64,000 nucleotides of DNA from the human T2T-CHM13v2.0 reference genome, Homo sapiens. The notes beneath the pieces are model-generated. The model ran no database searches and was not told the DNA's origin. It saw only the letters and a list, made by a program, of their open reading frames with translations. The DNA lies in the NCBI RefSeq assembly GCF_009914755.1, contig NC_060925.1; one strand, written 5' to 3'. Shown here in pieces: positions 1-16,419 of this stretch; positions within the stretch are counted from its first letter, which is position 1, and the number at the start of each line of letters is the position of its first letter. The position numbers were made by a program, and so were the translations under genes.

Positions 1-151
1 GGACTGCAGACATATACTACCACACCTGGATAGTTTGTTCGTTTGTTTTCTTTAGAGATGGGGTCTTGCTATGTTACTCAGGCTGGTCTTGAACTCCTGG
101 CCTCAGTCTCTCAAGTAGCTGGGATTACAAATGGGAGCCACCACACTCAGC
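1..151 (-). mobile_element. Alu fragment (old AluJ-like, truncated by window edge)
   Basis: Antisense Alu motifs: tagagatggggtcttgctatgtt..caggctggtcttgaactcctggcctca..gctgggattaca..gagccaccac. Confidence 0.8.
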
Positions 152-152
152 T

Positions 153-268
153 TAAACATTACCTTTATATGCACTGGGAAACCAAAAAATGTGTGTCTTC
201 CTTTATTGGGATATTCACTTTATTGCTGTGGTCTGGAGCCGAACCCACTATATCCCTGAGTTATGCCT
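153..268 (+). mobile_element. Tigger1 (TcMar) 3' terminus
   Basis: gcactgggaaaccaaaaaatgtgtg..tttattg..gtggtctggagccgaaccc..tatccctgagttatgcct followed by TA; resembles the Tigger1 right end. Confidence 0.75.
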
Positions 269-444
269 TATATATATAACCTGTGAAGAAGTCCTTCTCA
301 GATATTACAGCATATATACAAAACATAAAGCTGGGTTTAAAAAATGGAGCTAGAAGGGGTCATATTTCAGTCTAGTCATTCAGAAGAGATTCAATTGAAA
401 AAATAATTAACTTGTTATATTAGCCATGACACACTAATACATTC

Positions 445-885
445 ACACAGATTTCATTCTAGAGGAGACAGAGAGTAAATAATAATTACAATCAATCAAT
501 CATATAGCATGTTAGAAGGTAATAAGTACTATGGAGAAAGAGGAAAGGGAGTACAGGCAAGGGTGAGTGAAGGTCCCTCATCTGTGCAAGGGTGCTGGAG
601 AAGAACGTGGGGGACACTTTACATTGTAACTACAATGGTGAGAGTAGACCTCATTGAGAAGGTGAGACTAGACCAAAGACATGAAGTTGGTAAAGGAGTT
701 AGCTAAGTAGATACCTGTGGGAAAACTTTCCAGGCTGAGAGAACCACAGTACAAATGCACCGAAGCAGGAGTCGGCCTGGTGTGTTTAAGGAAAGAATAA
801 CAGATGACTAGAGTGAGAGGAAGACAAGAAGGGAAATTAGATAAGTAACTGCAGGCTGATTATGTAGGCCATTGTAAAGTCTGGA
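445..885 (-). mobile_element. L2 LINE fragment
   Basis: Degenerate L2 motifs (agacctcattgagaaggtgagac, ttccaggctgagagaaccacagtacaaa, ggcctggtgtgtttaagga). Confidence 0.65.
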
Positions 886-2221
886 AGTGGAAGTCATCTT
901 ATAGATTTACTAGAAGTTATTTCCCAGATTATAATAAACATCTGGTCAATTCAATTCAATTAACTTTCAACCGAAGAAAATTATTAGCAGGGCAAACTAG
1001 AGGATAATTGTAGACATAGAGACTTCTCTTATATTAGTTTCAGAACACTAAATGGTTTGGAAGAACGAAATCAACCAATAGATTGATTCTATGTGTGAGA
1101 CAAAAACTTCTGAGTATAAATACTTAAAGAATCCACTTAAAGCTAACTAAAATTCATCTGATATCACCTTCTGCTATTTTATAAATTTTTGATTATTTTA
1201 AAGTCAAACTTTCATAATTTTGTTGAAATAGTTTCTTCTTAAATTTCTTTATTCTTTTAGCATATAGCTTTGAATCACAGAACTCACGCTGGTACTGTCT
1301 TTATCTGGATTTAATGTCATTGAAACTGGCAGATTCTGTGTGTGAGTCAGGGGTATCATAAAGAAATGACCAAATTTCAGTTGAATGGATCAGCTACAGG
1401 CCTGCATGGCAGAATAGCCTGGAATGACTGCTTTGAGCAGATGTCCTGGCAAGTTGTAGGCACAGCAACACAATGACTGCCAGCGTAGTCCTGGCTTAGC
1501 AGTTCATTTTATATCCAAGCACCTTCAGCCTTTCAGCAGAAGCAAGGTTTACCCATATGTTTTCCATTCCACACCCTAGATGTGGTTAAATTCTAAAATC
1601 ACCTGCAGATGTGGTGTGATTCTGAGCTCAACTTCTCTTTCTCCTCTCCATGTTATATTTGGATTATGTTTACCATGCCAATTCTATCATAAGTTTCTTG
1701 CCCACTTAAATCTTGGCCATATAACATGATGGAAAACTCACTCCAGAAACAGTCTAGAATCATTGCATTCAGAATTTTGTTCAGGCTGAACAAATAAATA
1801 TTTGTCAAATAAATGACTAAGCTAATGTTATGGGAGTGTCCATAGCACTGGGAGTGTCTGCCCTTGCCCTCCCCAGCTACTTTTCATTTTAAGTTTTTGT
1901 AGATTCCTGAGTCTGTTCTGATATTAGATGGCAGTACATCAGCATTCTAGACCATGAGCCAAAGGGAACTGGAGCAGACTTGGTTTATAGGGTATCTGGA
2001 ATGAGTTCTAGACACCCGCGTGTTTGGTGAGGTGAATCTTCTACTAATCCCGCTACATCCATCCACTCTGTACAAATGGGCTTGTCTTTTGGTTTCTTAT
2101 TCTCTGCTCCAGTTCCTTGTGTGACTGAAATGTTATTTCATTTAGCTGGTGCCCTGATGACTTGAATGGTGTATGAGAGGGCCAATTTCACTTAGCAGCC
2201 CAAGGGATAGGATTAAGCTAC

Positions 2222-2261
2222 TGTATAAGTCAGGGGTTTCCAGAGAAACATAACCAATAGG

Positions 2262-2314
<53 letters not shown>

Positions 2315-2694
2315 ATCTATATTGGCAGGGGAGAGATGTATTTATTTGAAGGAACTGGCTTATGCTATTGTGGGGCTGGAAATTCCAAAATTTGCCGTGC
2401 TAGCTGGGAGGCTGGAGTCCCAGGGAAAAACTGATGTTGCAGTTCAGGTTCAAAGGCCATCTACTGGCACAATTTCCTCTTCCTAAGGGGAGGTCAGTTT
2501 TCTGTTCTTTTCAGGCCTTCAACTACTTGGATGAGGGCCACCCACATTATGGAGGGCAATCTGCTTACTCAAAGTCTGCTGATTTAAGCATAAGTCTCAT
2601 CCAAAATATCCTTCACAGAAACATTCAGAATAATGTTTGAGCAACTATCTGGGCACTGTGGCAAATCATGTTGATATATAAAATTAACTATCAC
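2222..2694 (-). mobile_element. MLT2 (ERVL) solo LTR containing (CA)n
   Basis: TG..CA termini; tcaggggtttccagagaaacataaccaatagga, ggatgagggccacccacattatggagggcaatctgctttactc, aaaattaactatcaca. Confidence 0.75.
2265..2312. repeat. (CA)24 microsatellite
   Basis: Perfect CA run. Confidence 0.97.
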
Positions 2695-3219
2695 AGTGGT
2701 GGAGTCAGAGAGGACCTGTGCATTCTGGGCCTGAGTTAGCCAATGGATCAGTAATTGGTAAACAGGAATATATGTATATATATGCCATAATTATTTTCTT
2801 CTTGTTACTCTAAAAGCTTTGTGTAGTTTTTCCCAGTTCAGCTGTGCATAGGGCGTTCTGCCTGTCTGATAATTAAAGCATTCAGATGAAATGCTATATA
2901 TCTCAGGGACAGTGACTAATAACAATGATTTAAGTTACAGGATCTCAAGCAAAGGCTGAAAGTCAGGGGATAAAGTCAGAGATGTTTTATTACTACCAAC
3001 CATTCTCTCCCACCTTCTCTCATGGGATTCTCAATCCAGAACAAAAATGGTTAGGCTAAGTCCAGGCTCCTTATAATTTTATGTACCATCCCACTGCTGT
3101 TTTGTATTGCTTAGAATTCATCAATGCACTAAAAATGGTTGGGCAAAACATTCTATCAGATTTGCCTGGTTGTTCAAAATGTCTACTGCATATCCACTAA
3201 AACAGATGCATGCATTCAT

Positions 3220-3718
3220 TAAAAACATTTAATTGATGTCCCTGTCATTAAGTAATTGATAGCAGAAAGAGTGAGATTAGAACAAATATCCATGATGCAA
3301 TGTAAAGAGGGATAACTTAAAAAATAGAAAATTATTTCTTTAGTAGTTACGAGAAATAGACAGCATTCCAGCTTGGAACAAAATAGGAAGAGGGACATTT
3401 GGGGAAGGTTTGATAGAGGAGACGGTGGTTGAATGGGCTTTAAAATAGGGGCAGTATTTGGATAAAGAGAGTGGAGGCAAGGGCATTTAGGAAAGGGGAA
3501 ACAATGGGAGCACAGGTACTGAGGTAAAAAATTAAGCATGGAGTGTATTTGGAAGACAGCGGGTCAAAGTGTAGGTCAAGTGGGGAAAAAGTAGAAAACA
3601 GCACTAGACTGCGGAGGTCTTGCTAGTTTGACTACAGAGACTGGATTTTTTCTTGATGATTAATTGGAAGCTACTGAAAGATTTTAAGCTTAGATTTATA
3701 TTTTGGGAAGACTAATCC
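3220..3718 (-). mobile_element. L2 fragment
   Basis: cattcattaaaaacatttaattga (antisense L2 3' end) and purine-rich L2-like body. Confidence 0.5.
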
Positions 3719-3949
3719 TACAATAATGTGTAGTATTCTTTAAAGTCGGAAGAAAGAGAAGTAAAGCCTTGTCTTAAGATTCTTTCCAGTGGAACTGAAA
3801 AGAAGTAAATAGATGCAAGAAATTCTGTAGAGCTAGAATCAACTGGACTTGGGAACAAAGTATGAAATAATTTACATGGTAGAAAGAATATATAATGCTT
3901 AATTTTATGTGTCAACTTCAGCAATATTTATGGATGAGATTAACATTTA

Positions 3950-4282
<333 letters not shown>

Positions 4283-4558
4283 AACTTTGGTAAAGCAGGT
4301 TGCCCTCCATCATGTGGGTGGGCCTTATCCAATCAGCTCGGGGTCTGAATGGAACAAAAGGGCCAGCATCCCACAGCAAGGAGAATTCTCCAGAAGACTG
4401 ACTTTCCATTGGAACTGGAACACGACCTGGGTGTCTACCTGCTGGTCATTGGACTGGAATTGCACCATTGGCTCTTCTCCAGCCTGCTGGGTCACACTTG
4501 CAGATTTTGGACTTGCTACATTCCAAAACTTCAGGAGCCAATTACTTATAACAAACTC

Positions 4559-4624
<66 letters not shown>
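4559..4624. repeat. Compound (CT)n(AT)n(GT)n microsatellite
   Basis: Direct reading. Confidence 0.95.
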
Positions 4625-6794
4625 ATGTATGTATGTATACCACTCACACACATCCTATTGGTTCTATTTCTCTGGAGAACCCTAACAGACAATCTTGAAG
4701 ATCATTTTAAGGCCTATGTATGTCTTCTCTTTTTCTTTCCTCTCTTTGCTGCTCTCCAGTGTGTGGATGACATCTGAAACCCAGGGGAAGGGGGGCCAAG
4801 TGACTTGTCTAATTTAATCAGCTAATTGGTGACTGAGTTGCTATGTTGAGATATTGATGGGGTGGGGAAAAACGGAGGCATCAGTGATGACTAATGCATC
4901 GATCTGCTCGATGCCTGGGAATTGCTGATGAAATGTCAGGAGAATTAATCTATTTTGAGGTGAAGTTTTACCCCTGCCAATTGCATTTTAACCATCAACT
5001 GTGGCAGAGATATGCAGAAGGTATTAGATATACAAGTGAGGTGTTCTGAAAAGGGAGACATTTCTGTCTGATGATTATCCTGTTGAGAATAAAAATTTGA
5101 TTATATGAAAGATCAAACTTCCACATGTGTTTTAAAGACACAATGTTCTGACAACACTTTTGTTCCCCCTGGTTGGTGATATTTGGCTCTGACTGGCATT
5201 TTCAGAAGATGAGATCCTTCTACTGCCAGAGAAGTGACTCAGAGAGCCAAGATTTTTTTTTTGAATATTTAAAAACATTTGTGACAATACAGTGCTTTTA
5301 ATTTTTAATTTAATATCTTTAAAAATTCTATAATAGAAGAAACAATATCATTCATGTTAGAGTTAGTTATCACTGGCTTTTAGAAAATAAGATGTGATGC
5401 TTCAGCTATGTCTAGACATGATATATGTGGAGAATGACACAATTTGGGCTGAAAATGACTTTTTTTTCTGTCCCACTGGATAATTTGAGAGTATGTTTCT
5501 GTTTTAATTTATTCAGTCTATACTTTTTATTTTCCATTTCATATTATCTAGAGAGATACAGTTTCTGAGACAAGGGAAAGCAGAAACACACATAGTTATT
5601 CAACATACATTAACACCAACAAAATAATTGTGTTAAGTTTTATGGAAGATGGAAATATAAAAAGGACACAGCCTCTTTGTCAATTTGGCAGGCAGAACAC
5701 TGTTAGTGCCATAAGGGAAGGAAAAAATGCCATGGGAGCTTATTCATTCACTAACCAAATATTTATTGATTATATGTTGCCCCGCAGGCTCTATGATAGG
5801 AGATATGTGATGTCTAAGACCCAGTCACTGCTGTGAAAGATGAGAGAAATGCAAAAAGCAGAAAAAAAAGTGCTGTTAAAGTATGAAAATTCACAGCTGT
5901 TTATTTTGTGGTCTCTCTCTTGACTAGTCATGATGATTTTTATTTGCTATTAACTTATTAAATAAAGTTAAATTGTTAAATTGTTAGCATGAATTTTATT
6001 GTTTATCTTTATATTGTGCAATGCCAATTTAAATGCAAACATCAGGACATTTCATTTGTGTGCAGAATCTCCAAAATTACACAATTTGTATTTCATTGCT
6101 TATGCTGGGAGGGTGCCTCTAGCTGGTTGGAAGAGACAAACTCAAGCAAGATCTGGAAGATTGGAAGGAAGACGAAAGGATCTCCAAGGTATCCATTGGC
6201 TGAGGGGGCACTTGGGGTATAGGAATACTTGTGGGGCTAGTACAGACTCTTACAGGCATCCAAGGGCCCTGCTCTGTGATTTGGGGTACATTTGTGCTTG
6301 CTTGGGCCCAATGGCTACTGAGTTCCTCCTCCCACCAGCCAAGGAATCTTTGTGTTGCCCCCTCCCGGACAGAGGGCTTGGGTGGGAATTGAGTCAGGTG
6401 CCTTCCATTTCCTTGGGCCACCACCTCACAGTAGATGGGTGCCCTCTAAATATCTTTAAACCTCTGTGCCAGGATGTGCTCAATGCCTGGATGAGGGTGA
6501 GTGAGAAAGTTGTCCCTCCCTCCCTAGACACTTCTCACTTGGAGTGAGAACGGCAGCCACCATGTCCCATCCTGAGCTGCCACAAGGTGTCTGTGCTGGA
6601 TCACAAGCATATCCAAATTTGAGACCAGGGCCCTTCCCTGGTGAAGGGTGGCAGCAATCACTGGGCAGGGCATGTGAAAGAGGATGGGGGAAGACACAGG
6701 GGTTGGCACGTGGGTAAGGGTGCTTGAGAACCCATTACACAGAGGCCCTTCCCACAGAGACAGGTCTATGCTTGGGCAGGTAGTTCCAAGATCC

Positions 6795-7279
6795 TGGCAC
6801 ATGCTCCATTGTTCTACTGGATTTCATTTACAAAACACAAATTCAAAGATACAGTAATTAAGAATTCCAAACCCCTGCATTTTGTGACCCTGAGGCAGGT
6901 GGATCACTTGAGCCCAGGAGTTAGAGAGCAGCATGGGCAACAGGGTAAAACCCAGTCTCTCCAAAAACAAACAAACAAACAAACAAAAAAACAATTAGCT
7001 GGGCACCTGCCTGTGGTCCCAGCTACATGAGGGGCTGAGGTCAGAGGATCACTTGAGCAAGAGAGTTCAAAGGCTGCAGTGAGCCATGTTTACACCTCTG
7101 CACTCTGGCCTGAGTGATAGATTGAGATCCTGTGTCAAATAAAATGAAATAAGATAAAATAAAATAAAATAAATTTAAAAATTTCAGGGTGGCAGCTGCA
7201 GAGCATTGACCCTAAGTGTGAAGTCTAAGTGTCATGCCTTGTGGGATTGCATTGGTTGCAAGCCCAAGGGGTCAGCTCT
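6795..7279 (-). mobile_element. MER45-family (hAT-Tip100) DNA element, split by an AluJ; left extent uncertain
   Basis: catgctccattgtt..ttcatttacaaaacacaaattcaaagata..aattaagaatt | aatttcagggtggcagctgcagagcatt resembles the reverse complement of the MER45 5' end. Confidence 0.55.
6871..7178 (+). mobile_element. AluJ, 5'-truncated
   Basis: ctgaggcaggtggatcacttgagcccaggagtt..ggctgcagtgagccatg..; (TAAAA)n tail. Confidence 0.9.
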
Positions 7280-7745
7280 ACTCTCAAGATCAGCTTTTTT
7301 GATGTTATTGTTTCCATTGTTTCCACAGCTGTGATGGCTGCATCTCCCAAAGAAAACTGTTTTCTCTTTGTGCTAAGTTAGAAGTACAGCTAGCCTATCA
7401 ATATTTTCCCCTTCAGGCTCTCTTTACTTGAATTACAGTTCAAGAGCCTAATTTTTAATGGTTTTTAAAGAGGTAATTTTCTTTACTTTTCTAAGGAAGA
7501 TCTCATCATCTTTTACGGTGGTCCCAGATTTGCTTTGGATGTAGACGATGGTATTTTGAAACCTCACTAAAGTGAAATTCATGTGAAAATTGCAGGCAAG
7601 TATTGATTGCATGCAGTCAAGGACTCAAGATGACTCTCGATAATCAGCTACAAAAGAAGATGCCATGATAGTTGCAGATATGCAGACAACCCTCTGTTTC
7701 CAGATACAGTGTGCAGGGGAGTTTTGGCTGCTTATCATTTTCAGT

Positions 7746-7965
7746 GAGGCAGTGTGGGCCAGAGGTTAAGGTCATGGGGCTTGGGAACTCAGCAGGTCTA
7801 AGAGTGAATTCTTCCTCTACTGTTATATGATTTAACCCCTTAATCTTTCTGTGCCTCATTTGCCTCATGTGCAAAATGGGGATTATGGTTTTGCCTTTTC
7901 TCATGGAGTTTTTATGAGAGTTAAGTAAATAATACACATGACATAGTATTCAATAAATGTAAACT
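7746..7965 (+). mobile_element. MIR SINE
   Basis: MIR core ttaatctttctgtgcctcatttgcctcatgtgcaaaatggggat and end tcaataaatgt. Confidence 0.75.
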
Positions 7966-8299
7966 TTATACCTTTTAATGTGCGAGCATGAACAAAAAAG
8001 TGAAGGAGGGAAAGTCTGCTTCCACAGTATTGTCTCATTCTTAGTACCCTGCCCTAGGGGCCCCGGTGCCCTCAGGCATTTCTGTGATGCTGCGGCTGAT
8101 TTATTCCCTTCCTTGCAACAAACTTTAGCTTGTTACTTTCACCCTTGCTGAACACTGTTTGTATTATGTCCCACTTGCTCAGGACCATTAAGAAAAGTTA
8201 GCTGATAGATTAAATTTGTTTCTTAGTTGGCTGGATCATGATTTCTATTTCAAACATTGAAGTGAGATAAGTCAGAAGATAAAGTTCTAAAAGAGCAAA

Positions 8300-8509
8300 C
8301 ATGGACACAGGCAGGGCAACATCACACACTGGGGCCTGTCGAGGGCTGGGGGCCTAGGGGAGGGATAGCATTAGGAGAAATACCTAATGTAGGTAACAGG
8401 TTGATGGGTGCAGTAAACCACCATGGTACATGTATACCTATGTAACAAAACCTCACCTTCTGCACATGTACCCCAGAACTTAAAGTATAACAATAAAAAA
8501 ATAAATAAA
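8300..8509 (+). mobile_element. L1PA 3' end fragment with 11-bp TSD
   Basis: L1PA 3' UTR and A-rich tail; aaaagagcaaa at 8289-8299 and 8510-8520. Confidence 0.92.
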
Positions 8510-8864
8510 AAAAGAGCAAATGGGTGTCTGGAAAATGATGAAGATAAAATAAAAGTAAAGTAAAAAGCAGGAAATGTTATCAAGAACTATCAGGTCACTC
8601 AAGATTTTAAGTTTCTTTGAGGGCACAAACTGGGGCTACAACATTTCCGTATCATCAATATCCTTAGCACAATGTCTCACTCACTTTAAGAGCCCAGCAA
8701 ATTTGCAGAATTTATAGTGAAGAGTGTTCGGCATCCAGGGTTCTGGAGGGAGTGGTCAGGAACAGGGTCCCGGCTGAATGAGAGATGTGGAAATAGGAAG
8801 TTTAAGAGGGTCTGTACTGTCTGCTGATTCCCTGAATGAAGCAGAAAGAGCTGATTACTTCATG

Positions 8865-9050
8865 GTTTGGGCTGTATCTCACTTTCACCATAGCTGTATA
8901 ATCTTGGGCAAATAAGTTACGCTCTCTGAGCTGCAGTTTCCTGATCTCTCTTCTGTATAATGAGAATATAACCACCTGATAGCATTAATGTGTGCATTAC
9001 AAGAGCCTCTCACAGTGCCAGGAACAGGGTAAGAAGCCAATAATTATTAT
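8865..9050 (+). mobile_element. MIR SINE
   Basis: atcttgggcaaataagttacgctctctgagctgcagtttcctgatc; cacagtgccaggaaca. Confidence 0.6.
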
Positions 9051-9439
9051 CTTTCTGGTCAACTTCCTCCTAACCTTTCCTTTCTTTCTACCTCCTAAAA
9101 TTTCTATTTTGTCCTTGTCATGAAGAGTTAACCAAAAAGTGCCACTGTTGGTCAGGGATATTGTGAAAGAATGTTGATGCGCTATTGCAAAACCTTCTGC
9201 ACTGAATGAAAAACAATAGAATCATCTGTCCTTCTGGCAGTAGAGTGAGCAGCAACAACCTTGTGCATAAAGGACAACACTTTATTATATTTTGTTAAAC
9301 CCAGAGGCAGTATGAAGACCTAGTAAGAGTATGGGTTTTGTGGTCAGATGGACGTGGTTTTGTCATATGTGCTAGTCATTCCAACCAGCTAAGTTACTTC
9401 TTTGTGCTAGGATTTCCAAATCTGTGATATACCTACTTC

Positions 9440-9810
9440 ATTTGTTCACTTATTCATTCATGCATTCTTTCCTGAGCACCTACCATAGTATGTGAAGGTG
9501 CTGGAAACAGTGACGATTACAGGCTTGCAGTTAGTGCGGGGTACAGAAAGCACACAAACTTGTGGGGTGCTGAAGGCTGAGGAAGAGTCAGGCAGTGTGT
9601 GATTGTTAAAGACAGGAAACTGAGTGCATGAAGGCCGAGAGGTGAGATTGAGGAGCAGAAAATGTCAGTGTTGCTGAGGCATTTACCTCTGATAGTTCTA
9701 GGAGTGATGAAAGAGAGTTAAGTGCCGAGGATGAAGCAGCTGGATAGATTAGGAAGGGCCCCAAATGCCACTTTAAAGAATTCAGTTTATTCTAACCATG
9801 ACAATAGAGC
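9440..9810 (-). mobile_element. L2 fragment
   Basis: ttcattcatgcattc..gagcacctaccat (antisense L2 3' end). Confidence 0.5.
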
Positions 9811-10074
9811 TTCCTGAATAGTACTTTCTGATGAGACCAGACTCCACTGGGACCCACTGAACATTCTCTTCCTTCCAGAAGATTCACAGTCACATTAGTG
9901 TCTATTAATTTTCTATAATATTTTATTTAAGGTTTGTTTAAAAGCTTCCCTAAACCCAATTAATATTTAAAATATGTATTACCCTTTTATGAACTGAGGC
10001 ACCAAAGAATCTGCTTGGGGTGAAATGATGAGAAATGGGAAGACATTTCAGGGTTCTAAGTTGGGAACCAACAT

Positions 10075-10290
10075 AATAATACTTGCATTTTATAAAGATA
10101 TAATAGCATCTACCTCTGTGGAGCTCCAAGTACTCTTCAGAGTACTTAGCTAATTTAATTCTCATAACAAGTCTGTGAGATAGGAAGTATTATTTTTACA
10201 TCATGAAAATGAGCAAACCAATGCATATAGAACTTAATTTCCTAAGGTTACAGAACTGGATGTAAGTGGAAGGGTTTAAATGTGAGTGAG
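10075..10290 (-). mobile_element. MIR SINE
   Basis: tttaattctcataacaagtctgtgagatagg..tttcctaaggttacag. Confidence 0.6.
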
Positions 10291-10579
10291 CTTGGTCAGC
10301 CTGCTTTAGAGACTCTACTCAATAGAGGATTGCATGAGAACAATGGATTGGAGTCAAACAAGATGGCAGACAACTAGGAGGAGATTGTTCTATTTCAGGT
10401 GAGAGATGATGTCCACTTGGGCTTCATACATTTGTTTAGAGAATTAAATACTATAATATGCTTAAGGCACCTATTTTAATTTCTACTATATGGTGGGCAG
10501 TCAAAAATGATAGTTTTCCTATGCATATAGGGAAAATTGATATATGAAAGATGCATATTCCAGATTAGTGGAGAAGGCA

Positions 10580-10975
10580 GGGTGTATAAGGCTGCCATAA
10601 CAAAGTACCACAAATTGGGTGGATTAAACAACAGGAATTCATTGTCTCACAGTCTGGAGGCTAGAAGTCTGAAATTAAGGTGGTATAAGTTTGGTTCTTT
10701 CTGAGGGCCATGAGTGAAGGATCTGTTACTCCTTACTTTGACTTGTAGGTGGCTACCTTCATGTTTGCACTGTGTTCTCCTGTATGGGTATCTGTCTCTA
10801 AATTTCCCCTTCTTAGAAAGACATTAGTCCTATTATTTTAGGGCCCACTGTAGAGACCTCATTTTAACTTGATTATCTCTTTAAATACCCCATGTCCAAA
10901 TAAAGTTATATTCTGAGATACTGAGCATTAGCACTTCAACATATAAATTTTGGGGGAAAAAAATCAATTCATAAC
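10580..10975 (-). mobile_element. MLT1 (MaLR) solo LTR
   Basis: ggctgccataacaaagtaccacaaattgggtggattaaacaacagg..tctcacagtctggaggctagaagtctga..cttcaacatataaattttggggg. Confidence 0.8.
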
Positions 10976-14222
<3,247 letters not shown>

Positions 14223-14223
14223 T

Positions 14224-14688
14224 TGCTATGGATTGAATTGTGTCCATTCCAAAAAAGATTTGTTGAACTCCTAACACCTTGAATCTCAGAATGTGACCTT
14301 ATTTGAAAATAGGGTAGCTCAGATAAAATTAGTTAAGATCATGTCATATTGGAGTAGGGTAGACCCCTAATCTAACATGACTGAGGTTTTTATGAGAAGA
14401 CGGCTACATGAAGACAAAAACACAGGGAGAAGGGTATGTGAAAATAAAGGCAGAAATTACAATCATATTCCTCTGCAAGTCTAAGAATGTAAAAGATCGC
14501 CAGAAAATCACCAGAAGCTAGGCAAAGGCATGGAATAGATTTTCTCTCACAGTTCTCAGAAAGAGCCAATCCTGTCAACACCTTGATTTTGGACTTCTAG
14601 CCTCCAGACTCTAAAACAATACGTTTTTGTTGTTTAAGCTACCTAGTTTATAGTACTTTGTTACAGCAGTCTTAGAAAAATGAATACA
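14224..14688 (+). mobile_element. MLT1 (MaLR) solo LTR
   Basis: tgctatggattgaattgtgtcc..tcagaatgtgaccttatttgaaaataggg..accttgattttggacttctagcctccag..aataca. Confidence 0.85.
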
Positions 14689-14856
14689 GTTCTTAAATAA
14701 AGTGGCAGGTTCATAATGTTTATTTTATAATTTATAACTAACAAATGTGTACATATATTATTTTTTATATTTCAAGTAGTTACATAATAAAAATGAAAAG
14801 ACAAAGTTATTATTTTTATCACTATGAAACAGTGGCATGTATTCACTATTAATCTG

Positions 14857-15150
<294 letters not shown>

Positions 15151-16249
15151 TCCACGATTAATCTTGATGGCAAATTCCAATAAAGCTTTTCTAGGCAATT
15201 TTATCAAAACTATGAAATCAACTTCCAGAACTCCTCTTGATTTTTATGGAACTTTTGTCTCAACCTCAGTGACACAGAGTCCCTGTTTCTCTGATTGTAA
15301 TTACAGTGTGCCCATCTTCTGAGAGAAGTGTCTTGCCTGTAACCCTGAATGAAGGTGACTGGCAAGCACACACCTGTCATGGCATGTTATCTTCTTGTAG
15401 ACAGGCTGACATCAGCTCTGCCTCTATTTAACACAAAAAGGACATCTAAAATCCTATCAAGATTTCCAGCATGCATGCTACAAAAGTAAGTGCTTTCTCC
15501 TAGCCTAGATGCCACACCAGAGCAGAGGCTAAGATGCCTTATTCATACAGCTGTGTTTCTGCCTCCTAGAAACGGAGTGCGGTGCAAAGTAGATGCTCAA
15601 TGAATTTACTGAAGAATGTATGAATGAGTGGTTCTATTAGTGTCCACTTCTTTGAAACTATACAAGCTGCACTACTTTTCAGAAGGGTTTATCAGGCATC
15701 TCCCACTCTCCACAACATTTTGGTCTGTTAGTTCCTTTCATCTGTGGTTTCCCCAGGTTTTCTTTTTTATATAAGCACTCAAGGGTTGTCTTTGGGTACT
15801 TTGAATAGGGATCAGATTTGGGGCCCATAAGACCAGACACACATGTTTGTCTGTGTATGTGAGTTTTTTGTTTTCTTTTGAAAGTAGTTAGTTATTCTTC
15901 CTTTAGACTAGTAACATGCAGAGAAGAGATGGAGGTGCTGTAGACTCTTTTATTAATGCTCAGGTGAAATGTGTCTTGATTAAGGAATGGGTTCTAAAAA
16001 AGGAACACCAAGAATACATACAAAGTAGATATTGTTTTGAAATCGGATTTATCTAGTACTTTGAAAAAGAAATTAATATTGTTTTGAATATATTACATAA
16101 TGAATGTTACAATTTGACATTGTATTTATGTGAATTTTTTTCTTGTTTTAAACACCCAGTAGCTAGAGCAGCTGATGTTAGTGAGATGCTCCAGTGAGAG
16201 CCTGAAAATTTTCAAAATCCTGAACTCTAATACTGGAAATACTGACTAT

Positions 16250-16400
16250 AGCATTTATTAACTTAAGCAACATTTGATGAGTGGCCAGGCATTGTCCTAG
16301 GTGAGAATGAAGAGATGAACAAAACTTCTGCAGTAATTCATTTCAGTGGGAGACATAAGTAAACCAACAATTGCAATGTCATGTCATTAAGTGCTATTAA
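16250..16400 (-). mobile_element. L2 3' fragment
   Basis: aaacatttgatgag..ccaggcattgtcctaggtg..cagtgggagaca. Confidence 0.5.
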
Positions 16401-16419
16401 TCATTAAAGGAAAGAATAG

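Noticed and set aside
5999-6547. 182-aa ORF
   Set aside because: Non-ATG start, no recognisable domain or splice structure, adjacent to a DNA-transposon remnant.
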